Assembly (NCBI GenBank): GCA_030770535.1
Contig: JASVEC010000028.1
Location: 496,001-560,000, forward strand
DNA length: 64,000 nt
Source: Batkoa obscura
Lineage: Eukaryota
Direction of reading: 5' to 3'
The number at the start of each line of letters is the position of its first letter. Positions within the stretch are counted from its first letter, which is position 1. A model generated the notes under the pieces. The model saw nothing but the letters and a program-made list of their open reading frames with translations. It ran no database searches and had not been told where the DNA came from. The position numbers and the translations under genes are program-made. This document shows positions 1 through 11,899 of the stretch, in pieces.

Positions 1-80
1 AGTAATAATTGGATTAGAATAATAAAGCTGAGTTATATTGGAATTATAATCCTATTGATATTAATTAATATTGATATTAC

Positions 81-117
<37 letters not shown>

Positions 118-1533
118 TACTATATTATTATATTATGTTAAATTAAATTAAATTCTAACTTACTAATTGATTACCATTAGGTAATATAGAACCCAATTTA
201 GGAAAATTATTAATATTAATTAATTTGTTTGTTAAAAAAGAATAAATATACAATTGATTTTTAAATTCATTATCTGTTGTATAAATTACTAAATAATTCT
301 ATAAAAATATTATTATAAATAATAATTATAAAGTAATAATAATAATATTATCAAAAACTTACTTTAAATACTTCTACTTCATTAATAAAGCAATTATCAA
401 ACTCATTAAAATGTAGTAATTCTCTTTTAGAATTGATTTCTTTTTGTAAATATAATTCCATTTTACCATTCAATTGATTTTGTATAAATAATATAAATCC
501 AAACTATTAATATTAATATTAATATATCAAATTAAATAATATTATAATATCATAATACGAATATTTACTTCATTCTTCTCCATAAAAAAATCCAAATTGG
601 GTCGATATTTATGAAACAATATAACTTCATTACTATCCTTATTTAACTCCAGTAAATGAATTTCACTACCCGATAAAGTATTACTGTTAACTGTTAAATA
701 ACACTAAAAAAACATTAATACATAATAAAAATTTATACATTCTATAAAACTTGCTTGATCCCTCGTCACCCCAATATCCACAAAAAAATTCGTTCTTTTT
801 TCATCGTATAAAATCTTTTTATCCCCCCTCTTCCCATCCAGAAACCAAACTTGATGAGCTCTTAATGTTGAATCCATTATTGTGAAATAAACTTTATTCT
901 CTATAGCGATGGAATTAAACACTCCTTTCTCCTTAAAAACCACTTTCCTTTCTCTTAAATCATAATAAATTAAACAATAACTTTCTTCATGTAATAATTT
1001 CACCTGAAATTTCATCTTATCATTTAACAACTGTTGATTCTCAATTACTAACGACTTCATTTCAATTTTATTATAAACCCCTTCTTTCTCTAATATCTGT
1101 TCAGCATCCCATAAAGTAAGCACTGGATACTATACAATAAATATAAAAATTTGAACTTGATACCTTGATTACTTAATGGAATTTAATTACCAACTACCTT
1201 TTTTTCAACACTCTTTTCCTTATACCAAACTTCCCCTTCTGATGTTAAATAATAAGTTTTATCCCCTTCTTGATTTATTACCTTATCTTCTCCTGTTGTA
1301 ACCTTATTTTGTCTTAATGTATTCATAATCAACTCATCTACATAATCTCTGTTTTTCTTTAACTGACTATCCATATATATCTCTTCCTGTTTTATATAGT
1401 TATTGAATTTGACTTTATCATTGTATATAGTGATATCAAATTTTGGCACTTCGATAGAAGATTGGAATGAAGGTAATAAATTTTTGAAAGTGAATAAAGA
1501 GCTTCGTTTTAATATGACACTGGTGAGTTTCAT
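1..1533 (-). CDS. Prolyl oligopeptidase / oligopeptidase B-like (S9A), 5' part, multi-exon; runs off the window start
   Basis: ATG at 1533 (MKLTSVILKRSS, presequence-like). Propeller-region motifs YIKQEEIY, VYFTIMDSTLRAHQVW, LYDEKRTNFFVDIGVTRDQ, LTVNSNTLSGSE resemble the S9A N-terminal domain. Catalytic domain is not in the window. Confidence 0.6.
79..117. repeat. (TAT)n microsatellite, intronic
   Basis: Direct read of the tandem array. Confidence 0.9.
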
Positions 1534-1663
1534 TGAATTAAATAAATAAAAAACAAATAATAATAAAAATTTATTAATTTCCAAAAGTGATTTGTTCTAA
1601 TTTTTAAACTGATCAAAACAAAGAATAGAATTACAAGTAAAAATGTTTAATAAAACTAACTAA

Positions 1664-1737
1664 TGTTTCCGTCCAGACTCGAACTGGAGACCTTCTGTGT
1701 GTTAGACAGATGTGATAACCAACTACACCACGGAAAC
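1664..1737 (-). tRNA. tRNA-Val (AAC)
   Basis: Reverse complement GTTTCCG TG GTGTAGTTGGTTATCAC A TCTGT CT AAC AC ACAGA AGGTC TCCAG TTCGAGT CTGGA CGGAAAC A: 7-bp acceptor stem, D arm, anticodon AAC, TTCGA T-loop; no intron. Confidence 0.96.
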
Positions 1738-2156
1738 CCGATTTTCTTTCTTAAGATATAAGTTTGATATAATATATTTATACTTTTTTTACTACTATAT
1801 TTTAATAGCATATAATTGAGCTTTAATATAATCAAATGATTTATTGTAATATTAAATAATACTTTTACTTTTCTAAATAACACTAATTGTAAGTTAAAAG
1901 TATCAAACCCAGTATATAATGTTTTGTCCAATTGATAATAAATAGAAATATCAGGTTGATTTTTTTTAGAAGTGGAACTTTACAGGTTTCAAATTGAAAT
2001 TAATTTCGAATTAAAGCTTGATTTAAAAACCTGATTTCTAGTTTTCATTATTTTTATTAAAATGTTTCTAAGAAAATGTAATGAGTTGATAATTATTAAA
2101 TTTTAATAGTTCATGATCACTGGACTTTAATAAATAGATTCATTTAGTGTTTATAT

Positions 2157-2254
2157 GGGGATGTATTTTTTTGTTTAAGAATTTTACTAGCAGTTTTTCC
2201 ACCTAAATAGCGCTTAAAAAACGGAAAAGTGATGAAACCAAAAAAAACACCTCC
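2157..2254 (+). mobile_element. ~98-bp MITE family copy (Sola-like)
   Basis: GGGGATGTATTTTT...AAAACACCTCC, flanks ATAT/ATAT. Confidence 0.9.
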
Positions 2255-2897
2255 ATATATTGCATTTAAAACTTTTACACTTAAAAAGCATCTTTTAAAT
2301 CGATAAAAAAAAATTAATCAATTAGAAAATTCAACGTATTATAATTAATAAATAGTTTATTGATAAATGTAAATATTCTAATTTTTTTATTAATATTTTA
2401 ATTAATATTGAAAGAAAGCGATTTTTTTGTATAGCATATTGTAATACAAGAATGTAATAAATCTATAAAAATTTAATCGTAATAAAATAATAGAAATATA
2501 TAACTTAATCTAAACTAACTATTGTAAAATTATAAAAAACAGTGACTTAGGCCTTGATATCATTGTTATTGCTAATAAACCAATTTAGCGAGATAGACCC
2601 TTAAATGTTATTATAAGACATACCGAGGTATACGAAGTTAAAATTATTTTCTAGATGTAATCCACCATACATACAAATCAATGATGAATAACAGTCGATA
2701 TGTTGATAAACAGGGGTTTAATGAGGATGACTTTACTGATAATATATCAGATCAATATATACAATACTTTACAACCACTGTTACCAAGTTTAAATGATAG
2801 ACTATTATTTTAAAAAATGTTTATTCCTTTAACTAATTATTTCGATTTTGTTTAATTATATATTATATCAATATTTTTTTGAATAAAATTAACAAAT

Positions 2898-2992
2898 GGG
2901 ATGTATTTTTTTGTTTAAGAATTTTACTAATAATCTTTCCACTCAAACAGCGCTTAAAAAATGGAAAACAATGAAGCTAAAAAAACACCCCC
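2898..2992 (+). mobile_element. MITE copy
   Basis: Same consensus; flanks AAAT/ATTT. Confidence 0.88.
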
Positions 2993-3775
2993 ATTTAATA
3001 TTTTTGAAATTTATTTAGATAAAAATGGATAAACTATTGAAACAAAAAAGGCACTATAATATATTTGTTCTTTCCATAGCTCAAAACTACCTATAACTCT
3101 TTGGAAGCACATACATACCTCACTTATCCTACTTGTTATATTTTTGCGTTTTAAAGTCATTCGAGCTTTTTACTTTCATTGACTAGTGCTTGCTCTTATC
3201 TCATTTCATAGGTTCACTTTATGCTTTGTCACCTTTAAGCTACGGGGTCGTATTATCACTTTCTTTAAAATCAATAAAAACTGATTCATCCGCCTCATCA
3301 CTTTTAAAGTTGTTCCTTACTCTGTTTCAATTATATCACCTTTGACTAAAGCTTTAATCTTTTAGTAGGATTACAGACCCTTCATAAAAACTTTACTTCT
3401 TTAATTTAATCTCCTTCCCCCTTCCTCTTTATCGGTTAGTTTAGTTTACTTCACTAATTGATGAGAAGTCATATGGAGAATAGAAACGAAGCAGCTTCTA
3501 TTTTTTTTTGTAATCCTATCAGAAATAAGTAGATTTTGGAATCCATTTCAATACTCTTATAAATTATACTCTGAATGGGGTGGTCTCTAAAGTTTGCTTA
3601 CTTTAGTATTTGACCTTTGTTTTAATTAATGTAACGCTTGAAGCTAGCACTTTATAAAAATAAAAAAAACTTGTTATTTACTTTTGGATTGGATATCAAT
3701 ACCTCGGTCTTACAATAATATACAACTGTATAGAAATAATATATAAATATTAAATATTAAACGTAAGTAACATGT

Positions 3776-3873
3776 GATGATGTGCTTTTTTATTTAAGAG
3801 TTTTACTGATAGCCTTCCGACTCAAATAGTGCTTGAAAATGGAAAAAGTGATGAAACCAAAAAAAGTACCCCC
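3776..3873 (+). mobile_element. MITE copy, diverged left end
   Basis: Core CTCAAATAGTGCTT..GATGAAACCAAAA..CCCCC. Confidence 0.8.
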
Positions 3874-4150
3874 ATATAGCTATCTTTTTATATAAAACTG
3901 CTGTATATTCTTTTAAATCTGAGTCAATTTGCTCTCTCCCAGGTAGTTTATTATTTGAGAAAAAATAAAATTGATTGTAAACAGGAGATGGGTGTAAGAA
4001 TATAAAGGAAAAAGATGAAGAAAGTGATAAAGAATTAAGCCTAGTTTACGTATTCCTACTTTGAAAATAGATGAGTTGCACAAAGCTGCTTTATATTTTA
4101 TTTTAATAAACTTATAAATATAAAATAAAGAAAAATAGAATAATTTAATC

Positions 4151-4187
4151 TAATTTAATTTAATTTAATTTAATTTAATTTAATTTA
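4151..4187. repeat. (TAATT)n tandem repeat
   Basis: About 7 units read directly. Confidence 0.85.
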
Positions 4188-4729
4188 TTATCAGTTAATG
4201 ACTTTATTTAATAAAAGAGGGCTTAAAAAAGGTGAGAAGAAAAATCCTTAAAAAAGCGTAAGTAAGATGCTGTTTTTAACATATACAAATTTTATACAAA
4301 AGCAATAGTAAATGAGGACTATTAACTAATATCAGTGACATTAAATAAAAATCCTAATATAAAATTAAGGCAAGACTAAAAATATTTATTGTAGCCTAAT
4401 CCAATCTAACATTAGGATACTCCTAAGACTATTACAAGCGACTGTAGTCATTTGAGTTAAATAAGCTTTAGTTGGTAATAAAACAATCCCTTTTAATAGC
4501 TCTCTTGATAATTCACCAAAACAAACTTTTTTGAACATTGACAACTTAAGGAATCCATGACTGATTTTGGTATATAAATTAAAATAGCCTATAGTGATAA
4601 CGTTATAACTTAGATGTGTAATGCTTTGATGATTTAAAAAAATCAAGAGTATAAAATTAATAAATTATTATAACAAATTCATTAATAATAACAACAAAGA
4701 CAATAACGTAAAATCAATTGAAAACAGCA

Positions 4730-5478
4730 ATCAAAGTCTTCTTTATTTTTAACTCTAAGTTTGAATTTAAAGTTTACATTTGGGTCTATTTTGGCAAAAC
4801 TGCTGATTATTGTATCTGATTTTAATGCTAATACTCTTAACCTACCAAACTTTGCTTTAAAAGTATCTAGTCCATCAAGATGTAGACCTTCATATATATG
4901 TACATATATTTAATGCTTTTAAAATATCTGGGTTTAAATATTTAATAATGTCCTCAATAATCATTTCAAATCCTATAATTTTAAGTTCCTCGGGTTGATT
5001 TGAATAATTACTAAATTGTTTTAATGCTTCCTTGTAATTAAAACAGTTTATAGCCATTCTTTTTAATTTTGGAGAGTTGATGGTTATTTCAATATCATTA
5101 TTGTTATTATTGTTACCATCATCATCAATGTTAGGCATTTCTAAATAATTGATAGTCACTACATTTAGGCAATAATTTAAATGTCTAATAGTACAACCAT
5201 CAATGTTTAAATACTTCATCAGTAATCCATTTTCTTTGATAAATTTCTCTTAGTAATCTTTATACTTCTCAAATTCATCTCTAATGATATTTCGTTGAGA
5301 ATGCTGTAAATAGGATTTATTTTGATTATAAACTGAAATGATTAAGTTGTACTTAATAACTCTACTGGGGATTTTAAATAAGTACTTGAAAAGTGCAAGT
5401 CAAATAGTTCTTCTGGATTTATTGATTTAAATATTTCTTCTAACAATATATCCGATAAAACTCAAATTGGAGTGGCAT
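4730..5478 (-). pseudogene. Decayed F-box/LRR-like gene
   Basis: F-box-like VLSDILLEEIFKSINPEELFDLHFSS near 5455-5375, out of frame with the ATG at 5478. LRR-like fragment 4890-5219 (LKYLNIDGC, PKLKRMAINC, LKALNI). Stops and frameshifts present. Confidence 0.5.
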
Positions 5479-6382
5479 TTTGAACTAAATTGCTTTATAT
5501 TACATCAAAATCTTTATTGACTAATAGCACTTTTTGCTTAACTTTAGCTTATATAATTTTAAAATATACCAAATTTTAGTTTATATATTATGATATTATG
5601 TCCAATGGTTTATAATATTTTAAAGCGCCATTTATTTTTAAAAGTATACTTACTTTCTTCAAACAAAGTGTTTTAAAAGCTTTTTAGATTCTCTAATTTA
5701 TAAAGGTTGCTAATTCTCCCATCTCTCTTAACCCATATACAGTTGCTTATATACTACTTTCTTTAGAAAGATTAATAAGTTTTTTGTTGCAGCAGTAATT
5801 TTTATTGTTTAGTTTTTAAATATAAAAGTTTTTTTGATTAGAATTTGTTTTGTATAAAATATGGGCATTTTTGCTATAGAATCTTTAACCGTTGCAGATA
5901 GATACCTTTACCACTATTATAAAAAATAGTGTCCTATTTATGTACTAACCTAATAGCTGATTGATTCAAAATAAAAAATTCAACCAATCATTGATAAGAA
6001 ATTTAAATCAGTAAATTAATTATACTATACTAGTGGGTAAAGAGTGTTCACCATAAGCTAATCAATAGTATGAAAGAAATAGCTCCCTCTTTTATAAACC
6101 ACTACTTGGTTACCAGTACTTAATATCTAACGAAAGGTAGGTATCTATGTAATTTTAGTTAATTAAAGGAAGAATGAATATGATATGAGACAAAATTGGA
6201 ACTAAAGAGGACAGGAAATAATAAAGAAGAATCAGAAGAAATGGGAATGCATCCATCCGAAATTAAATCAATTTTAAAAACCAATACCACAAAATCAACT
6301 AATATCAAATATAACATGTCAAAAAGTGTATAAAAAATGAATGAATAACTTATAAATTTATTATTAGTCAGTATAAGTTGAA

Positions 6383-6992
6383 ATGGCCTCTACTCAAACC
6401 CAAACCAAAAAGTACAGAACTTACAACATTCGTTCCAGTATCACCCCTGGAACTGTTCTCATCCTTCTTGCTGGTGTCCATAAAGGAAAGCGTGTTGTTT
6501 TCCTTAAGCAACTTAAGAGCGGTCTCCTTTTAGTTACTGGTCCATATAAAGTAAATGGAGTTCCTCTCCGTCGTGTTAACCACGCTTACGTTATTGCCAC
6601 CTCTGCTAAAGTAGATGTTTCTGGTGTTCAAGTATGTATTTTAAATCAAATTATTAACTTAAATTTTAAATGAATTAATTAATTATTAGCTTCCTGAACA
6701 CATTGATGATGCTTACTTCACCAGAAAGGTTGAAAAGAACTCAAACAAAGTTTCAGAAAAAGAATTCTTTGGTGATGCTAAAACCAAGAAGGTTAGATAA
6801 ATATTATAATAGATTTATTTAAAACTAAACAATTGTTAGACTCTTGCCCTTCCAGAAGAACGTAAAGCTGATCAAAAATCCATTGATAGCGTACTTCTTC
6901 CATTAATCAAGAAAGAAGCTCACTTCGTTTCTTATCTTGGTTCTAAGTTCGCTCTTAGCAAAGGTCAATTCCCTCATGCCCTTAAATTTTAA
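6383..6992 (+). CDS. RPL6: 60S ribosomal protein L6 (eL6); exons 6383-6631, 6690-6791, 6840-6992
   Basis: [47 protein letters not shown] introns give a continuous frame to [14 protein letters not shown]. Probable 5'UTR intron 6137-6367. Confidence 0.96.
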
Positions 6993-7969
6993 TTTAATAC
7001 TTTGGGTTAAAAAATAAATTAAAAGCGGAGAAATCCTAATCATAATAGATATATAATACAATAATTGATTTAACAAGCCATTTTTTTTAGAAGTAAGTTG
7101 ATATAAATATAATATTAATACTTTTAGTTACTACAACAATAATGTAATAAATATCTGGAATACAGCTATCGGTTTTATTAAGCTAATATATAGTAAACAA
7201 AGGACTAAATGTACCATTGGAAAAAAGAATTGATGTTTATTGAATCAAGGCGCTGGATTACTTTATTTCAACTTTATTAATATAGAAGAGTAATATGAAA
7301 CTTTGATGGAAGATAATATGTTATATGGATCAATTTTAGTGTATTAAACTAACTTAAATAATAAAATTAACTTTTAATAAATAGCTAAGTCCTATTTCTG
7401 ACTCATCCTTATTTAAATAGCTTTGAAACATTGAATGATATTTAATCTAAGTAGAAATAGTGTATCACAGGTGTTAAATAAATAATAATGTTATTTAAGA
7501 TATTAGTTAAATATAATTGTTCATTTAGGATCTTAAACAATGAAAAACTTAAATAGTTATGTTCCAGTTATTACTCTATCCCTGTTTTTTTTATAGTTAT
7601 TTTAAAGCATTCAAGTATTGTTTAAGATATAAATAAATATACCACGTAGATGATAAATTAATATAGCATGTATTTAATGTATTATTAAATTTAAAGTAAA
7701 GGTTAAATTTTATTTAATATTATCTTTACACGTAGACTGAAATGTTATAAAAAGTGCCATCTATATTAAAAATAAACTGAAATATTACCTAATATTGGAA
7801 ATTGAAACATAATAAAATGTACTATCAAAACACTATTTAAATATTAAAACTGTAATTTAAATAGAAATATATTGGAAATAAAGTCAAAGATATAGTAATC
7901 TAAAATACTTTGAATCTAATAATTAGTATATCTTTTATCCCTTTTATAATAGCAAATATATGAAATATT

Positions 7970-8783
7970 TTACTCCTTGGTCTTCTTGGAACCACGGATA
8001 AGACCAGTACGACGAGCGGCAATAAGACCAACTTTTTGACCGGCTGAGGAATCACGAGCAACAGTTGAAGCGTGACCAATATGTTGATGATTACCACCAC
8101 CATGAGGATGTTCTACAGGGTTCATAGCAACACCACGAGTCTTTGGCCAGCTGTTACGTTTAACACGATATTTATGATAAGCACGACCGGCTTTGAGGAG
8201 AGGTTTATCGATACGACCTCCACCAGCTATAATACCAACAGTAGCACGGGATCTTGAAAGAATAACTTTCTTAGCACCGGAAGGAAGCTTAATACGGGTT
8301 TTACCGTCATCGGTGTTGTGTCCAATAATGGTAGCATAAGCACCGGAAGTACGAGCAAGTGCTCCACGATCTCCAACTTTTTCTTCAACATTGCAGACAA
8401 TGGTACCTTCTGGCATGCTGGAGAGAGGGAGTACGTTACCGACAGCTAAAGAAGCTTTCTTACCGCAATATACAAATTGTCCAGAGTACATACCTTCAGT
8501 GGCAAGGAAAGTTTCAGTACGAGTCTTGTATCTTTTTTTCGAATAAATTTATGTAGAATATATATATATATTATACTTACCTGTATGGGTCACGGAATTG
8601 GACCTTAGCTAATGGAGCACCACGTCCAGGATCGTGAATAATTTCCTTTACAATACCACGGATATAACCGTTACGTTCAGCGTAATCAAGGGTACGGATC
8701 TTGGCGGCACCTTTACGGTTTTTGTTGTGGGATTTGAAAATACCACCAGCACCTTTTCTTTGAGCACGAATGACACGACCCAT
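7970..8783 (-). CDS. RPL2: 60S ribosomal protein L2/L8 (uL2); exons 8783-8581, 8531-7970
   Basis: [44 protein letters not shown]; 49-nt GT-AG intron. Probable 5'UTR intron 8808-9078. Confidence 0.97.
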
Positions 8784-9627
8784 TTTAAATTATTCTTGGT
8801 TTAAATTCTATAAAACTTAATTTAGATTCCACTGTCTTGTTAATTTCAAAATCTTCAGTTGGGTTTTGCTGGTTTATTTCATTTCATTTTTTCTATAATA
8901 TTGACTATGTTTTTTGTAATATTTGATGGATGTATTTTCTTAATTTCCCTAATTATAATATAATATTTACACTATTCGCTTCTCTTTTAATATATATTCA
9001 CTCTTTCTTCTTTTGTTATTTGTATCCTTTACATATGTCCTCTAATTTTTTTATTTCAAATAGGTACTAAATACTTACACTGGGTTGAAGAGAGGTCAAC
9101 GATAGATTATGCGTTGATTTTGAAAGAGGATGCCTATTTCTTTAGGGTAAGTCAATAAGTTCTTTTTTTACTAAAATTTCCTAATTTGTTCATTCACACG
9201 CTTATTTTGTTGCTAGGTTTATGAGATAACCAATTAAATTCAATTTCAAGTTTTTTTATTTAAATTCATAGTTTTTGTATATGCTTGTTGATTAATACCA
9301 ATAGTATACTATAAAGTATATTTTATGATGATTTTATATCGCTAAAAGTTTTTTAAAGTTGCCTTAGTATTAAACTAATGAAACTTTTATAGTTTCGTTG
9401 CCATAAAGGATTATAATAAAAATAAAAATAGAAATGGATATGAAAGTTATTTTATAGTCGAAAAATATAAAGTACAGCTATTATATAATGAATATTGATA
9501 CAAATCAAAAACAGTGTTAAGGATACTGTGTATAATATTTTCTCTAATAATCATGTTAGTTAAAGTTACACAAGTTTGATGCTTAGATTCTAAAGCATAC
9601 TTTAGATTAGTAGCTTAAATACGATAT

Positions 9628-9726
9628 GAGGGTGTTTTTTTTGGCTTCATTATTTTTTCCATCTTTTAAGCGCTATTTGAGTGGAAAAATTGTTAGTAAA
9701 ATTCTTAAACATAAAAATACATCCCC
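9628..9726 (-). mobile_element. MITE copy
   Basis: GAGGGTG...CATCCCC, flanks ATAT/ATAT. Confidence 0.9.
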
Positions 9727-10345
9727 ATATATGGGATGATTATAAGAGTATAAATATTAGAAATAAAAAAAGAATAAAGAATATAGCTATGCTGATATAG
9801 CTATTATTCTATGTCTTTATTTAATCGTAAATTTAATATACGAAATTTATAACCAAATCTTAATCTTATAAATAAGTTATTGATGATCTGAAACCAGTAC
9901 TAATACATTAAATAAAAACATTTTTTAGCTTATATTTTATAGTAGTACAATAATGATACTATCATTAATGAAATATATAGTGATACACAAAATAAAGTCA
10001 ATTTATATTTTTTTGTACTTTAAAAAAATATTAGCAAAAGTTAGATAACTAAAATAGGCTCAGGCTATTCCATCGATGTATATTGTAATATAAAGATGCA
10101 GTCTAAAAATTTAAATACTACTTTAAAAACTTTATATTTTGTATTCAAACTATTTTATACATGTAAATAAATTTAAAGGTCGTTGCTTTAGTATAAATTC
10201 ATACTATATAAACAAATACGTGATATTTAAACGAAACAATGACTTAAATAGGGTGATATAAGAAAAGAAAAAATGCCTCAAATCAAACAAGAACAATAAT
10301 AAACCAGAATCCTATTTTTTTCATTTAAACATAGTATGAAAAAAT

Positions 10346-10971
10346 TTAATTATAATTATCCTTAGAGAAATTAGGGTCTTGGATAAAAGCTGAAAGTACT
10401 TTAGATCCAGTTTGGAGTAAAGGATGACCAGCAACACTATTAAAATTAATTTTATAAATATATCAAAAGATATAAAAAACTAAAACTAAATTTACATTTG
10501 AATAAACCGTTCTAACCCTAATCGACGAGCCTCAATAACATCAGGCTCAAATCGATTAGTAAATACTTTACCTGGTAAAGAAGGAATGTTAACTCGACTA
10601 GTCTCTCTTTCCAAATAGTCTCTAAACCATTCAAAATCACTATATCTGCGACGTACTACACTTTCTCTTAGTTTAAAAGCTGGTATGTTGGTCTATAATA
10701 AGAATGAAAATAATTAAAAAAGACCAATAATTTTTAAACATAATAATTTACTGTAACAACAATTTCATAATCCGTATACATTTTACGACCAAAACCTAGT
10801 TTATCATTAACTTATTATAGCTTTATAATTTTTAATCTTTATACCATGAGTCATTGGGTTCTTTACTTCAATTTCCAAAAAGTTTTCTGGTTCTCCATAT
10901 CTTTCGTCCAATGTCTGTTCTCTTGAACTTAAACGACTTCCTTCTCCAAACGCTCGAAAATTACCACTCAT
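10346..10971 (-). CDS. SNX3: Sorting nexin-3 (PX domain), 4 exons
   Basis: Spliced translation [93 protein letters not shown]; absent from the ORF track because of introns. Confidence 0.92.
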
Positions 10972-11186
10972 ATTCTTTAAAAAGCATTTCTATTTTTTTC
11001 TCATTTAGTAAATATTGTGTCATTTTATTTCCATAAGAATTTAAAATTGATATTCTCTTTCAAAAAGAATAGATTTTGTTAGATTTACTGTTTAATTTTA
11101 TAGTTTAATTTTATCAAAAATAATTCAAATATAAGTACATAAAATAATAAAATAGCTTTATAAAATCTAATCTTTATTCTATCCAC

Positions 11187-11627
11187 CTATTGCTTTTGAA
11201 ATTTAAAATCCTCGAATGATCCTTCCTTTGAAAAGTTTGAATATGGCCCCGTGCGTCCAAGTAATGGTACCCAGTTATGCTTCTTAATTTTATCCTCTGG
11301 TTTGTATTCGAAATCTTTTAGAGTTTCTCTTGTTTCTTTTTCATAAACCTCTTTTAAGTCATCTCTTAAAGCCCAGAGCCAAGTTGCTTTTTTGGTCAAA
11401 GGATTGATCACATCTTTATCAACTTTCTTTACCAAATCTCCTTTACGCCATAATGGGGTCAATATGTTATGCTTTAAATTATGAACTGAACGAAGTTCTG
11501 AATGTTCAGATTCATATTTACTAAATATTTCTTTCGTGGTTATTGGGTTTTCTTTACTTAATAAATATTTTATTAAGACTTCGCTCTTTAATGGGACTAC
11601 TTTAGTTATTTTCGATACTTTGGACAT
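11187..11627 (-). CDS. Hypothetical basic protein, 146 aa, possible winged-helix-like fold
   Basis: Intact ATG ORF with normal composition between SNX3 and PP5; no family recognised with confidence. Confidence 0.6.
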   Translation of the reverse strand: MSKVSKITKVVPLKSEVLIKYLLSKENPITTKEIFSKYESEHSELRSVHNLKHNILTPLWRKGDLVKKVDKDVINPLTKKATWLWALRDDLKEVYEKETRETLKDFEYKPEDKIKKHNWVPLLGRTGPYSNFSKEGSFEDFKFQKQ

Positions 11628-11899
11628 TGTTTCTTGGTTTAAAAAAGTATAAAAAAGAATCGATTCTTAAGTTTAATTGGTAATTGGTTATTGCAAATTT
11701 TATCATGTTCAATAAATGCTAAAATATAGAATTTTGATCAAAATAAGAGTGTATAAATAAACGTTTTATCGAAATAAATGATAATATGATAGATAAATAA
11801 AAAAGATACATTTGTTAGCATTAAAATATATAACATCAAAATTACAATCTTCTTTTTTATTATTTTGTAAAGAAATAATCTAGAAAAAAGCAATATTAC

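Noticed and set aside
1656..1931. 91-aa ORF overlapping the tRNA
   Set aside because: Non-ATG start and low complexity; the C-terminus is just the translated tRNA-Val
2681..2740. ATGATGA...CTGA resembling a box C/D snoRNA
   Set aside because: No terminal stem and no recognisable rRNA guide; reads equally well as a decayed coding fragment
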